Part shown: one piece after another, positions 27,761 through 40,369 of the stretch | How positions within the stretch are numbered: position 1 is the stretch's first letter | Layout: the number at the start of each line of letters is the position of its first letter | DNA from: Octopus vulgaris | Taxonomy: Eukaryota | Assembly (NCBI GenBank): GCA_951406725.2 | Contig: OX597824.1 | Span: 54,064,001 to 54,128,000 of the forward strand | Direction: 5' to 3' | DNA length: 64,000 bases | The notes under the pieces: generated by a model | The model's database searches: none | What the model saw: the letters and a program-made list of their open reading frames with translations, nothing else | Told to the model about the DNA's origin: nothing | Translations under genes and position numbers: made by a program

Positions 27761-28181
27761 TTTGAAAGGGGAAAAGAATTTTTTTTAAATTGAGGAAGGG
27801 GAAAAAAGAAATTTACAATGTTTTTTTCAAAAAATAATAATCATATACAAAAATTAATAAATAAGTATACTGATACATTGTAGAGTCTTTATGCTTTTAG
27901 AGTTCAATAATAGTCCTTGGAAAAATTTCTTTGGAGGATTAAGATCCTTTTACCAAACACTTTAAACTAAGCACCACTTTTAATCACATGGATCTTAATC
28001 CTCCAAAGAAATTTTTCCAAGGACTATTATTGAACTCTAAAAGCATAAAGACTCTACAATGTATCAGTATACTTATTTATTAATTTTTGTATATGTTTAT
28101 TATTATTTTTTTGAAAAAAACATTGTAAATTTCTTTTTTCCCCTTCCTCAATTTTAAAAAAATTTCTTTTCCCTTTTCAAA
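27761..28181. repeat. Fold-back inverted repeat, ~187 bp arms, 42 nt spacer
   Basis: 27761-27947 is the near-perfect reverse complement of 27990-28181. Confidence 0.92.
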
Positions 28182-28435
28182 ACTTGAAAATTTGCTTTGC
28201 AATAAAAACTGGTTTGATTTATTATTTTTTTTAATTTTCCATACACCCATTTTTATTAAAATTTACTTTCAATTTAGCATTCTGCCTTATTATAATTTTT
28301 CCTCTCCTATCATTTCTCCACGTGCGGTCAACACAACCCCACCATTTATATATATATATGTATGTATATGTGTGTGTATATATGCATATATGTGTGTGTG
28401 TATATATATGCATGTGTGTATATATATATATATAT

Positions 28436-29443
28436 TGATATGGAGGTCAGTTCGGAAAAAGAAAATAAGAGTGCTATGACCCACTTTTGCTGGTTTGTAG
28501 TCGTAGAGTCTAGGATAAAAAGTTATTGCCTTTTGTTCTGTCGGTTTCTGGGGAAATTTATGTATTAGGAAGTGACATTTTGGCCCCTATGGTCAAGGAA
28601 AGTTCGAGAAACCACCCTTTAAAATGCAACGCGCTGTGAGCTTATGGGTCAGTCGGTCGGCAGTTTTGGCCAAAGACAGGAGTGATACGGACGGTCAGCC
28701 AAGAAGATGGCAACAGGGCGAGGCGGCAACATCGTTGAGAAAGACAGACAGTGAATGTGAGGATGACAAGCAAGAGGTTGAGAAAGACATACACAGGGGA
28801 CTGAGAGCGAAAGAGAGGGATTACGGCGGATAGAAGGCATGGCTATTGTAGTAGGAGTTGTAACTAGAAAATGTAACGGTATGTGTTGCTTATGTTTTGA
28901 TGTGAATTGTGTTAAAAAGAGTTGTTAAAGAAAAGAGAATTGATGTGTCAAAAAGGGAGAAAGAACTGAATTAAGGAAAAGAGAAAGAAGGAAAGAGGAA
29001 AAAGAAAGAACTGTGTTGAAAAGAAAAAGAAAGAGAGAGACTAATGTAGAACATTGAACTGATTTGAACTGTTGTCTCCGGACTGTGCTATATCGTGAAC
29101 ATTCTGTTTTGATTCGACGTGAACTGTTTAAATGCTTTGATCTTGTTGTTTTCTTGCATGTTATTTTCTTTAATGTATCTCTGATATGTATCACATTGTA
29201 TTTGATGTCGTAATTGTTATAAACTGTTCTTAAATGTAGCCTATTGCCTTCCGCCGTCTCTCTGTCTCTTCCTGCTGTTGTTGTTATCTCCGGTCGCCGG
29301 TTCAAGTTCGCTGCCATCTCCCACCGAATCCTGTCTTTCCGTGGTGAATTCCCCGTTCGACTGGGCCGGTCAATCGTCGTCGCTCGACTTGATGGGGTCC
29401 CGGGTTTCCGAAGAGTTTGAGCGACGGCAGGTGGTTCGTAACA
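28436..29443. mobile_element. Probable solo LTR (~1 kb) in a (TA)n tract
   Basis: TGATA...TAACA termini, ATAT on both sides, GC-richer interior and no coding homology. Confidence 0.6.
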
Positions 29444-29509
29444 ATATGTATATATACATGTGTGTGTGTATATATGTGCATGTATAAATATGTGCGTGTT
29501 CAATTGAAA

Positions 29510-29900
29510 GGCACAAGCGTGACAGTGATAAAAAATTTGCTTCCCAACCATATGATTTCGGGCTCAGTCCCACTGCGTGACACCTTGGGCAAGTGTCTTC
29601 TGCTATAGCCTCGGGACAACCAAAGCTTTGTGAGTGGATCTGGTAGATCGAAACTGAAAGAAGCACATCATATATATGTATATAGATATATATATGTTTG
29701 TGTGTCTATGTTTGTCCTCTTACCATCGTTTGACAACTGATGGTGGTGTGTTTACGTCCCAGTAATAATAGTGGTTCAGAAAAAGGGGACCGATAGAATA
29801 GATATTAGGCTTGCTTACAAAGAGTAAGCCCTGGGGTCGATTTCTTCAACTAAAGGCAGTGCTCCAGCATGGCCGCAGTCAAATGTCTTAAACAAGTAAA
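29510..29900 (+). mobile_element. tRNA-headed SINE with internal microsatellite and CR1-like 3' tail
   Basis: cccactgcgtgacaccttgggcaagtgtcttc head region and 3' ggcagtgctccagcatggccgcagtcaaatg. Same family as 36320-36740. Confidence 0.8.
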
Positions 29901-29928
29901 CGAATGTCTGTGTGGGGGGGGGTATATA

Positions 29929-30141
29929 CAGTAATCCCTCAGTTATCGCAGGTGTTACGTTCCAAAGCCCCCTGTGATAGGTGAAAATCTGCGAAGTAGA
30001 AACAGTACTGTACTGCACAGTTTTTTCTATTATTTTTATTTGTATATATTTAATTATAAATTCAAAACACTACAGAATAATTGATGTAAGCTTAAAAAAT
30101 AAACTGCAATAGATGAACTGCAATATGGCAAGGGATTACTG
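29929..30141. mobile_element. Tc1/pogo (Tigger)-like MITE
   Basis: TIRs CAGTAATCCCT...AGGGATTACTG, preceded by TA. Confidence 0.7.
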
Positions 30142-30184
30142 TGTGTGCGTATATACATACATTTTATATATATATATATATATA

Positions 30185-30235
30185 TGACGAAGCTACAGAT
30201 ATCCTTGTGATATTAATAGCTGAAACTGTACGGTA
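30185..30235 (+). ncRNA. 5'-truncated type-I hammerhead motif
   Basis: UGACGA-AGCUA..UAGCU-GAAA-CUGUACGG-UA starts directly after (TA)n. C3 and the 5' stem I strand are missing. Confidence 0.55.
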
Positions 30236-30796
30236 CGTAGGTGATTATTCCATTTCGTATATTTCTTTTGTCTCATCCATTGCTTTAGGTCGTGCTGAAT
30301 TTTATTTTTATTTGAGAACAAAATCTTTGTGGAGAATGGCGATTTGACGTCTATATCTAGCATGTTGACTGTCCACTTTTTCGTGTTCAGTCCTTAATTG
30401 GTATATATAAATATTTTAATCTTCGGATTCTTTTTAATGTGCTAGACCACTGGTTTTAATTGACTAATATCAATTTTTACCCTTAATTTTTAAATATATA
30501 TATATATATATATATAGTAGTAACAGAAAAGGAATTTCAATTATCCCCAAGTGGTGAGTTGTAATATCTACAAGAAATTAAAAAAGGAAAATACACACAC
30601 TTTACACAGTTTTAATATGATTTTTAATATATCAACCAGTTTTGCTTTCCATGATATTATGGTTTACTTTTTTGAATATGTATTTTCTTAAGAAATTTTT
30701 GTCCATCTTGTGTGTGATGATATTTATCAGTGAATGACTTCACAAGTAGAAAAATAAGGGGAGGTAATTGGTTATTGTTATTATTGTAATTGTTGT

Positions 30797-31010
30797 AGTG
30801 GTGAGTTGGCAGCACGCCAAGCGAAATGCTTAGCAGTATTTCATCTGTCTTTATGTTCTGAGTTCAAATTCAGCTGAGGTCGACTTTACCCTTCATTCTT
30901 TTAGGGTCAATAAATTTAGTACTAGTTGTGTACTGGAGTCAATGTAATCGACTAGTCCCCTCACCAAAAATTTCAGGTCTTTGTGTCTCTGGTAGAAAGT
31001 GTTATTATTG
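30797..31010 (+). mobile_element. MetaSINE-like copy
   Basis: Same core as 4562-4792. Confidence 0.75.
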
Positions 31011-31169
31011 TTATTGTTGTGGGCAAGGGAGATAACTGTTCAGCTTTCAGTAAGGGGAGGGGAATATATATATGCACACAAGAAATGGTTTCGAAAAACT
31101 TGTTTAGTGAGGGGATTTGTGTACAGTGATGTAATCATGAATTGAAATATGTAAAAAGATAGAAGTTGG

Positions 31170-32640
31170 TTATGTGTGCATATTAAGACGTAAACGTTCT
31201 TGTGGAGAAATTGTGTCTCTGCACGGGTAGAAAGGGAATACTGTGCAATTTGGTTTGATGTTATCTGCACATTTTTCTATATGTTCACTGAGAGGAATTT
31301 GCCTGTATTGCTGGAAATAGATTTGCTCTTTATGTAGAGTGGTTCTCTGTCTCAAGGTCATACTCATCTGTCCAATATAGTTGTGTCCACAACCCAAGCA
31401 GGTTATTACATAAATTAGGTTCTCAGAGGCACAAGTGAAACTAGTTTTAATTGTGAACCTCTGTCCTTGTTTGAAAAAGAAATTCGAGCCTTCAAGTAAG
31501 TTGGGGCAGGTTCCACAGTTTGGGCGTCCACATTTTTTAACCATTGGTTTTGTGGTTGTTTTGTAAAGCTTTGCAATTGTTAGCAGACTCTTAAGCAATT
31601 TGTGTTGCTTTTTGCATTTAATGAGTTTGTGCATTTTCAGGATGTCGTTCATTTTTTTGATTTCTAGTTAGTAAAGGGAAATTTTGCCCAACAGTGTTGA
31701 ATGCCTCACTGTTTCTGGGGTTGTGCGTTGATATAAATAGTAGTGTTTTGAGATGAGTCGTGGTGTTATGTTTTGTTGTTCTTAGTGTTTTGATGTCTAA
31801 TTTTTTGGCACGTTTAATTCCCTCGTCTATAAGTGAGGGTGGATATTGTCTTTAAGTAAGTATTGTTTTGAGGTCTTGAAGATGAAGGTCCCGAGTAGTT
31901 CTATCAGGCACTATTGTGCAATTCCTTTTTGCCAAATTGAAAGGGATATTTATTTTGATGTGTTTCGGGTGGCATGAGCTAAAGAAGAGATATTGTTGTG
32001 AGTCAGTTGGTTCATAATAGATGTCAGTTATAATTTGATTGTTGACTTTTTTTTATCGTGATGTCTAAAAATGGGAGCTGTTCTTTATTATATTCTATTG
32101 TGAATTAAATGTTACTATTTATATCATTTAGTATTGATTCGAAGTCCAAAAGTTTGTTGACGTTCTTCCAAATGATAAAAAAGTCATCCAGGTATCTTTT
32201 CCAATTTTCTTTTATGTAAAGGTAAAATGGGTAACCATATATCTGAAGTGATACTTCATATAAGGTGAATTCAAAATAAGCCATTATTAGGTTCACAAGA
32301 ACAGGGGTTGCTTTTGTTGCCATCACAATTCCGCATTTCTGATGATAGTATGTGTCATCAAATAGGAAATAATTGTTCTGAAGTATAAATTTTAAGGATT
32401 CAATAATAAAGATCTGATTTATGCATTCCTGGATTACTTCGGGGTACTTTTCCAACCAGAATTCAATTGCTTATATTCCAAAGTCATGTGGGATGTTGGT
32501 GTAAAGATTGATAACATCAAGGGTAACCAATATTGCCTCTTCATTAACTGTTTTTGGTAGGTCTTCTAGCATGTCTAAATCGTCTCTAATGAAACTTTTG
32601 AAATGAAACAGCAAGGGTTTCAGTAGGATGTCTCTCGTCC
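31170..32640 (-). mobile_element. Neptune-like Penelope element (RT + Zn-finger + GIY-YIG), degraded
   Basis: RT motifs YYHQKCG..M..ANL and WKRYLDD. C-terminus CGRPNCGTC..FTCASENLIYVITCLGCGHNYIGQ..R..H..H. Confidence 0.85.
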
Positions 32641-33197
32641 ACCTTTAGATTTACCCTGTGCTATCCAGTATTATTATATATACTTCCAGGTTTGCATCTG
32701 GGCATCTGTCATGTGTGAATAGATAATTGAAAAAATTGGAGTCAACAAGGAGTACAGTTGGACATCTATTTTTTAATCACTACATTTTTTTCCGGTGATT
32801 GATTATGCAATCATTTCCCTGCATTATGAGATTTAGTTGTGTTTCCTCATGTGACATGTAAGTATTGTCTCCATAAATTCAAATTCTTGGCTTCAAGAAC
32901 ATCCTCTTCATCTATTGTAGCCTGAATTTAGTAGTAGTCACAGAGTTTATCAAGGTGTGTTGTTGCTGAAGGACCGTTGGCTAACTAGTCTGAATGTGTA
33001 GATGTAGTGGGATGGTGATTCTGCTACTGATAGGGTGGTTGTCGTTTGATTTCTTTGTACTGTTGATTTGTTCTATACACACACATATATATAAATATAT
33101 AAATTTATATAAATAAGGATAAGATTACTATTTAAATACCGATCTTATAAGGTGGCCAGCATGGGAATAAAAACCTTCAAAGGTAATAATTATTATT

Positions 33198-33380
33198 AAA
33201 ATTATAATTTAGGATATCTAAGAGATACCACACGCTGGAAATAGCAGCCAAAACTTGACTCTAAAACCACATTAAATATTCATACATTGGTGTATGAATA
33301 TTTAATGTGGTTTTAGAATCAAGTTTTGGCTGCTATTTCCAGCGTGATGGTATCTCTTAGATACCCTAAATTATAATTTT
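33198..33380. repeat. Fold-back inverted repeat, ~89 bp arms, 4 nt loop (ttgg, 33287-33290)
   Basis: The arms are reverse complements with few mismatches. Confidence 0.9.
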
Positions 33381-33419
33381 ATATAAATATATATATATAT
33401 ATATATACATGTGTGTATA

Positions 33420-33450
<31 letters not shown>

Positions 33451-33528
33451 TCAAAATGTGACCGTGTGTGTACCATAGGCAATTTTTTTCCCTCCGTCTT
33501 CCCATCTTTGGATCTTTCCTTTTCCTAT

Positions 33529-33563
33529 GTTTCTGATGAAGAGCTCCGCTCGAAATGTTAAAC
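33529..33563 (+). ncRNA. Minimal type-I hammerhead ribozyme motif
   Basis: guuu-CUGAUGA-A-GAGC(ucc)GCUC-GAAA-UGUU-aaac inside a ~208 bp non-coding unit (33451-33658) flanked on both sides by (TA)n. Confidence 0.75.
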
Positions 33564-33653
33564 CCTCCTTCTTTCCTGAGCATCCAATAATACTATACTT
33601 GTTCCACGTCCCCGCATTGTTGTGTTTTTCTCTTTGTGTTTTCATGTTTGGAT

Positions 33654-33698
<45 letters not shown>

Positions 33699-34399
33699 GT
33701 GTGTGTGTGTATTCAGCTGTATGTTGATTCTATTGTACCACGTGAAATGCCCAGCTAAGAAATTTCTCAACTTTTTAATCGCTCATCATTCTCTTATCTA
33801 ATTTTTAATACTAACATGCTTACATGTTATGCTAATGCATATTTTGAGTTAAAATAACTTTTGTGGCTTATAATTCTTTAATTTTTCAAAAACTTTTCAA
33901 ATTCTATTACATACCCTTCATGTTTCCATACTTAACTATGATCCTCACCTCACTAAAGGCCTCAAGTCCCTTACTATTTCTCTCTTTATCTCTGGTGTGT
34001 GGCGATGCTGGCTACTTCTAGTTGTTTGCGATGTGCCCACCTATTGCCAGCCCCACCAACAATTCCAGAAACCTCTTCTTATACCAAAAACGTCAACAGT
34101 GCTCTGTACCAGAAGACTTACATATCTCCATCCCTCCAACCTACTAACCTCTTTCTGTCTATACATAATGGACTAACCAATAGCAGCTCATTTACTTAAA
34201 CATTGACCTATTATATTTGAAGCAGTAATGCTTATATTTACAATGCTTACATTGCACTCACCCCACCCCCACCCCCAATAGGGGCAACAATTTTTTAACA
34301 TGTTAGAATGATGGTAGGTTAAAGTAAGAGAAGAACTGATGTGACATGTCTGTTATCAAATGATCATGGAAACCTCTTTTTCAGGTGCTGAATAACATC

Positions 34400-36006
34400 A
34401 TTCCTTCCTATGTTCCCTCCCACATCCCTTTCCCAGTTTTCAGAGTTGGCACTACCACTGTAGGCACGTTGAAATATAGGTCTAGAGAGATTGGTGAGAT
34501 GCTTGAATGGAAGCATATTCAAGAGGTAAGTTGGAGAGGAGCTTCAGCCAGGTTCCTCACAGGCAAGACACATAAGTATAAAATCTTCTGGGAAGGTAAC
34601 AGTGACAGGGTAAGTGGCATGGGCATACTTCTTGCAGAGAAATGGGTGGATAAGGTCATAGAGGTAGTCAGAATGTACGATAGAGTACTTAAGCTCAAGC
34701 TAGTCTTTCAGAATAGTAAGCTACAACTATATCTGCCTATACTCCTCAAGTAGGCCTACCAAATGAACAGAAGGACCACTTTTATGTTATTCTTCTGCAG
34801 GATACCTCAAAGACGAGTGACAATGGTCTCTTTTTCATGGCTGAATATTTCAATGAGCATGTTGGACGGCAGCCTGGTATCTTCCATGGTGTGTATGGAG
34901 GCCATGAAATTGGCTCCCAAAACGAAGAGGGAACAAGGATACTGGAGTTCTGTGATGCAAATTACATTTTGATCTGCAACACCAACTTCGGGAAGCCAGC
35001 CAGCCATCTGATTACCTACCAATCAGGTGTCTATGCTTGCTAGATCAATTCCATTCTCACCAAACAGCAAGATGCATGGTTGCTACTTTGGTGAAGAATG
35101 TACCCTCCCCCACAGACTTGAAGGATGCCAAGAAATAAACCAATCTGGAAAAGAAGGATTTGGAAACTTCAGATGGTCAGAGTTTGATACCTGTGTGCAA
35201 ACAGAGAAACATGGGCTGTGACAGTCGAGGACATGCATAAGTTTGGAAGAAATGAAGTCAGTATGCTTTGCTGGATGTACAATGTCAGGATGCATGTTCA
35301 ACAGAGTGTAATCATCTTGAGAGAAAAGTTAGACATAAGAAGCATCAGATGTGGTGTGTAACAGAGACAACTGCTCTGGTATGGTCATGTGAGGCACATG
35401 GATGAGGACAGCTGTGGAAAGAAGTGCCGATCTCTCACTGTAGAGGGAACCTGTGGTAGAGGTAGAACCAGGAAGGCATGGGACGAAGTGGTGAAGCATG
35501 ATCTTTGAACTTTGAGCCTCCCTAAGGCAATGACTAGTGACCGAGACCTTTGGCAATGTGCTGTGCTTGAGAGGACCCATCAAGCCAAGTGAAATCATAG
35601 TAGTGGTGACTGGCTGCTGCTGGCAAGTAAAGAAAGCCTTGGCATTGGGCCTCATGGAGGTAAAGTGGTCGAGTTCCTTTCAAGCATTGGGCCGCACATA
35701 GACAAAGTAATTGAGTGCCTTTCGAGCATAGGGCATCACAGAGGCAATGACCGAGACCTTTGGCATTATGTAGAAGACCCATCAAGCCGAGCAAAACTGC
35801 ACTTGTGGTAGATACCGGTGTCGTGTCAGTGGCACATAAAACCACCCATTCCATTCTCAGAGTGGTTGGCATTAGGAAGGGCATCCAGCCATAGAAAACT
35901 ATGCCAAATGAGATTGGAGTCTGGTGCAACCTTCTAGCATGCCAGCCTGGTCAAACTGTCCAACCCATTCCAGCATGAACAACAGACATTAAATGATGAT
36001 GATGAT
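34400..36006 (+). mobile_element. Internally deleted RTE LINE (EN start joined to C-terminus/3' UTR)
   Basis: GMGILLAEKWVDKV and NEEGTRILEFCDAN, then a jump to the C-terminal region and a (GAT)n tail. Confidence 0.82.
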
Positions 36007-36319
36007 ATATATATATAAAGTCTATCTGCAAGTTCCACAAAAGAGCCTGGTGCAGCCATCTCGTTTGCCAGTCCTCAGTCAAGTCGTCCAACCCATGCTA
36101 GCAAGGAAAGCAGATTTTAAACGATGACGATGATGATATATATATGCATATACAAGATATATGTATATATGCATATACAAGATATACACACACATATATA
36201 AGCACATACAAGATATCCATATACAAGATATATATACATGCATAAACACGATATATACATATACATATATATGTATAAGATGGATATGCATACAACATAT
36301 ATTTTTTTTTCTTTTTCCT

Positions 36320-36527
36320 TTCTTTTACTTGTTTCAGTCATTTGACTGCAGCCATAATGTAGCACCGCCTTTAGTCGAGAAAATCGACCCTGGGACTTAT
36401 TCTTTGTAAGCCCAGTACTTATTCTATCAGTCTCTTTTTGCCGAATCGCTAAGTGACGGGGACGTAAACATACCAGCATCGGTTGTCAAGCAATGCTAGG
36501 GGGACAAACACAGACACACACACATAG

Positions 36528-36576
<49 letters not shown>

Positions 36577-36738
36577 TACGACAGGCTTCTTTCAGTTTCC
36601 GTCTACCGAATCCACTCACAAGGCATTGGTCGGCCCAGGGCTATAGCAGAAGACACTTGCCCAAGATGCCACGCAGTGGGACTGAACCCGGAACCATGTG
36701 GTTGGTTAGCAAGCTACTTACCACACAGCCACTCCTGC

Positions 36739-36740
<2 letters not shown>
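36320..36740 (-). mobile_element. SINE with internal (TA)n
   Basis: Head ggcaggagtggctgtgtggtaagtagc...gggttcagtcccac and CR1-like tail. Confidence 0.85.
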
Positions 36741-36774
<34 letters not shown>

Positions 36775-36984
36775 TCTTTTACTCGTTTCAGTCATTTGAC
36801 TGCGGCTATGCTGGAGCACCACCTTTAATCGAGCAACTCGACCCTGGGACTTATTCTTTTTTGTAAGCACCAGTACTTATTCTATTGGTCTCTTTTGCCG
36901 AACCGCTAAGTAACGGGGACATAAATTCACCAGCATCGGTTGTCAAGCAATGCTAGGAGGACAAACACAGACACACAAACATAT

Positions 36985-37033
<49 letters not shown>

Positions 37034-37680
37034 AATAAATATTAGGGAATAAATCCAAATTTACAGGGGAAAATCAGATTTAGGATTGAATCCAACTTTA
37101 TAGTAAAATATTTAGATATGTTTAATTTATATATATTAGTCATTTCAAATATCTATATAAGTAGATATAGACTAAAATGGATATTAGAATATGGATTTTC
37201 TACCTTATAAATTAAGTTAATATTTAACATTATAGTCGATTTCGATATAATCATATTTAATAATAGAGTTTATTATAAGTAAATTTTTATTTAGATTATA
37301 TAGATTATTTATATCTTAAAAATATTGATTATATTTTAGGTTTTGAAACCACCTGAAGAATGTCTCATAGAAGTGCTGACACGAAACGATCGTAGTGGTT
37401 ATTTTAATTAAATTTAATTATATAAATTATTTTATGTATTGGCTTAAGTCTTTCTTTGCTTGATTTGCATAATAGTGGTTTTGTCTCTAATTTAATATAA
37501 TATATATACATATATACGACAGGCTTCTTTCAGTTTCCGTCTACCAAATCCACTCACAAGGCATTGGTTGGCCCGGGGCTATAGCAGAAGACACTTGCCC
37601 AAGATGCCACGCAGTGGGACTGAACCCGGAACCATGTGGTTGGTAAGCAAGCTACTTACCACACAGCCACTCCTGTGCCT
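36775..37680 (-). mobile_element. Second SINE copy, carrying a ~470 bp HHR-bearing insert in its (TA)n tract
   Basis: Colinear with 36320-36740 except for the AT-rich insert at 37031-37500. Confidence 0.85.
37347..37400 (+). ncRNA. Type-I hammerhead ribozyme motif
   Basis: AACCAC-CUGAAGA-A-UGUC..GACA-C-GAAA-CGAUCG-UA|GUGGUU: perfect 6-bp stem I, palindromic stem III, predicted cleavage after 37394. Confidence 0.85.
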
Positions 37681-37688
37681 ATATATAC

Positions 37689-37737
<49 letters not shown>

Positions 37738-38129
37738 TATATATATATATATATGTGTGTGTGTGTATATATACATATATATATGTGTGTATATGTATAT
37801 ATATATATATATATAAGCAATAATAAATCTCTGAACGAGGTATAAACAGTAACTGCACGACAATGTGAGGTATATTTGCCATCTCAACATGGCTAACCAC
37901 TTAGGGTGGGTGTTACTGTAGCTTGTAGCCCCAGGAGAACATCTCCAGCTGGCTATAGGCACACTTTCTGTGCCCTATCGGTATTTGCATATATATATAT
38001 GGTGAAGAGAAGAGATTTATGGCCAATCTTCGTCACAACAATAAGACAGTGTAAAAAGAAGAGAGAGTGATTGAGAGAGGAAATATAAACGTGGGGGCGA
38101 TAGGGGCATGGCAGACGAGTGGCGAGTAA

Positions 38130-39530
38130 GAGCTGTACAAGCCCTTACAGGGATGCTATCAGTAAGGTGAGGATTGGCAACGAGTATAGTAGAAGTAGGG
38201 GTTATTCATTACAGTCCTCCAGGCAATAACAGAGGAATTCAAGACGGGTTGCCCATGGGTGCTCCTTTATGCTGATGACATTGCTCTAATAGCTGAGTCG
38301 TTGCCAGAACTGGAGACGAAGTTTAAAGTGTGGAACCAAGGCCTCGAATCAAAGGGCTTTAGAGTTAACCTAGCAAAAAACCAAAGTATTACTAAGTAGG
38401 AAGGCTGTCAAATCACAACTCCCTTTGAGTAGATGGCCCTGCTTGATCTGTAGAAAAGGCGTGGGTAGAAACTCCATGCAATGTACCTGGTGTAAGCTAT
38501 GGACACATAAGAGGTGCAGCAATATCAAAGGAAAATTAACTGGGAAAATAGTTTTTGTGTGTGGCAGATGCACAGGAGCAATAACAGATTCCATCACATG
38601 CCAGGGGGAGAAACTAGAAGTAATTAATAGCTTCTGCTAGCTAGGCAACCAAGTCTGTAGTGAAAGTGGTTGCTCTGAGAGTGTGGCGACTAGAGTAAGA
38701 ATAGCCTGGGCAAAGTTCAGGTAGCTCCTACCTCTGCAGGCAACTAAGGGCCTTTCACTCAGGGTGAAAGGTAGGATGTATGATGCATGTGTACGAATTG
38801 CCATGCTACACAGCAGTGAAACATGGGCCATGAATGCTGAGGACATGCATAGGCTTGAAAGAAATGAAGCTAGTATCATCTGCTGGATATCAGTGTGCAT
38901 ACACAACAGAGTGTAAGTGCCCTGAGAGAAAAGTTGAGAATAAGAAGCAAGAGTGGCAACTGTGCTGGTATGGTCATGTGTTACATATGAATGAAGACAG
39001 CTGTATGAAGAAGTGTTACTTCCTAACTGTAGAAGGAACCTGTAGAAGAGGTAGACCCAGGAAGACATAGGATGAGGTGGTGAAGTATGACCTTTGAACA
39101 TTAGGCATCACAGAGGTGATAACAGGAGAGCAGGACCTTTGGAGATATACAGTGATTGAGAAGACTCAGCAACTAAAGTGAGATTGCAGCCACGCATGTC
39201 AGACCCAGTTAAGAATACCCCTGATGCAGCGAGCGATATGATATGCTTTAGAAGACCTGTTGTGTCTAGTAAAACAAAAATCGTAGCTGGGGCCAGTGCC
39301 ATGTAAAAAGCACCATCTGAACGTGATCATTGCCAGGCCTGCCTGACTGGCTCCTGTACCGGTGGCACATAAAAAGCACCTACTACACTCTTGAGTGGTT
39401 GGCATTAGGAAGGGCATCCAGCTGTAGAAACATTTTCAGATCAGATTGGAGCAGCTGCTGGCTCTCCACACCTCAGTCAAACCATCCAACCCATGCCAGC
39501 ATTGAAAACGGACATTAAAAGATGATGATA
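38130..39530 (+). mobile_element. 5'-truncated, degraded RTE LINE
   Basis: LYADD, WPCLICRKG..HKRC, RGRPRKT, 3' UTR and GAT tail. Confidence 0.88.
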
Positions 39531-39560
39531 TATGTGTATTTACACAATGCATACATATAT

Positions 39561-39649
39561 ATCATATATTAACGCTTTCGTCCATTCTAGTTGTGTCTTA
39601 GTTCAATTTGAAGACTCCACTAGAATGGACGAAAGAGCTAATATATGAT
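39561..39649. repeat. Short fold-back whose arms each carry the 3' half of an HHR
   Basis: atcatatattaacgctttcgtccattctagt / actagaatggacGAAAgagctaatatatgat. Confidence 0.75.
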
Positions 39650-40124
39650 TGATGATATATAAAAACATGTAACATACTAATAAATATCTGTAAATATAAA
39701 ACCATCAGGATTTCTGAGTACCTCATTTCTTCTAATATATAATACCTGTACATCATCTCCAAACCTTCTAATATACATATATATATATATTTACACACAC
39801 ACATAAGGTTAGTAGAGTTAGAGGGTGGAATAACCATCTAAGGGATAAAAATATCCGTTTTACTACCAGTATAATTACTTATGTTAACCTTGGACAAACA
39901 CATGCAAGCATATTATGCTCATAGGTTACTGGCAATGACAAAGATAAACAGGAGTTTATCAGGTATCAAAGTTAAAGTAAACAGAAAATAGAGAAATATT
40001 GATCAACAATAATTGACTAACATCAATTATTACTTTTTAATGCAAATAAGCTGCATCCCATCTGCTTCCAATGTTCTATGGTATTGCCATTGAAAATAAT
40101 ATTCATCATATTTGGTAACACATA

Positions 40125-40369
40125 CAATGTCCTGAAGCGACACATATGCAAAATGGTAAGATTTAAATATATTAAACCTTTCATCTTCTCAAGGCTCTTC
40201 CTTTTTCTTTTATGTATTTTTCTTCACTCTGATGAAGCTCCATGTTGGAACATGGAGCTTCATCAGAGTGAAGAAAAATACATAAAAGAAAAAGGAAGAG
40301 CCTTGAGAAGATGAAGGTTTAATATATTTAAATCTTACCATTTTGCATATGTGTCGCTTCAGGACATTG
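40125..40369. repeat. Near-perfect palindrome, ~121 bp arms, 2 nt loop
   Basis: Centre gg at 40247-40248, with one indel between the arms. Each arm ends in CTGATGAagctccatgtt. Confidence 0.95.
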
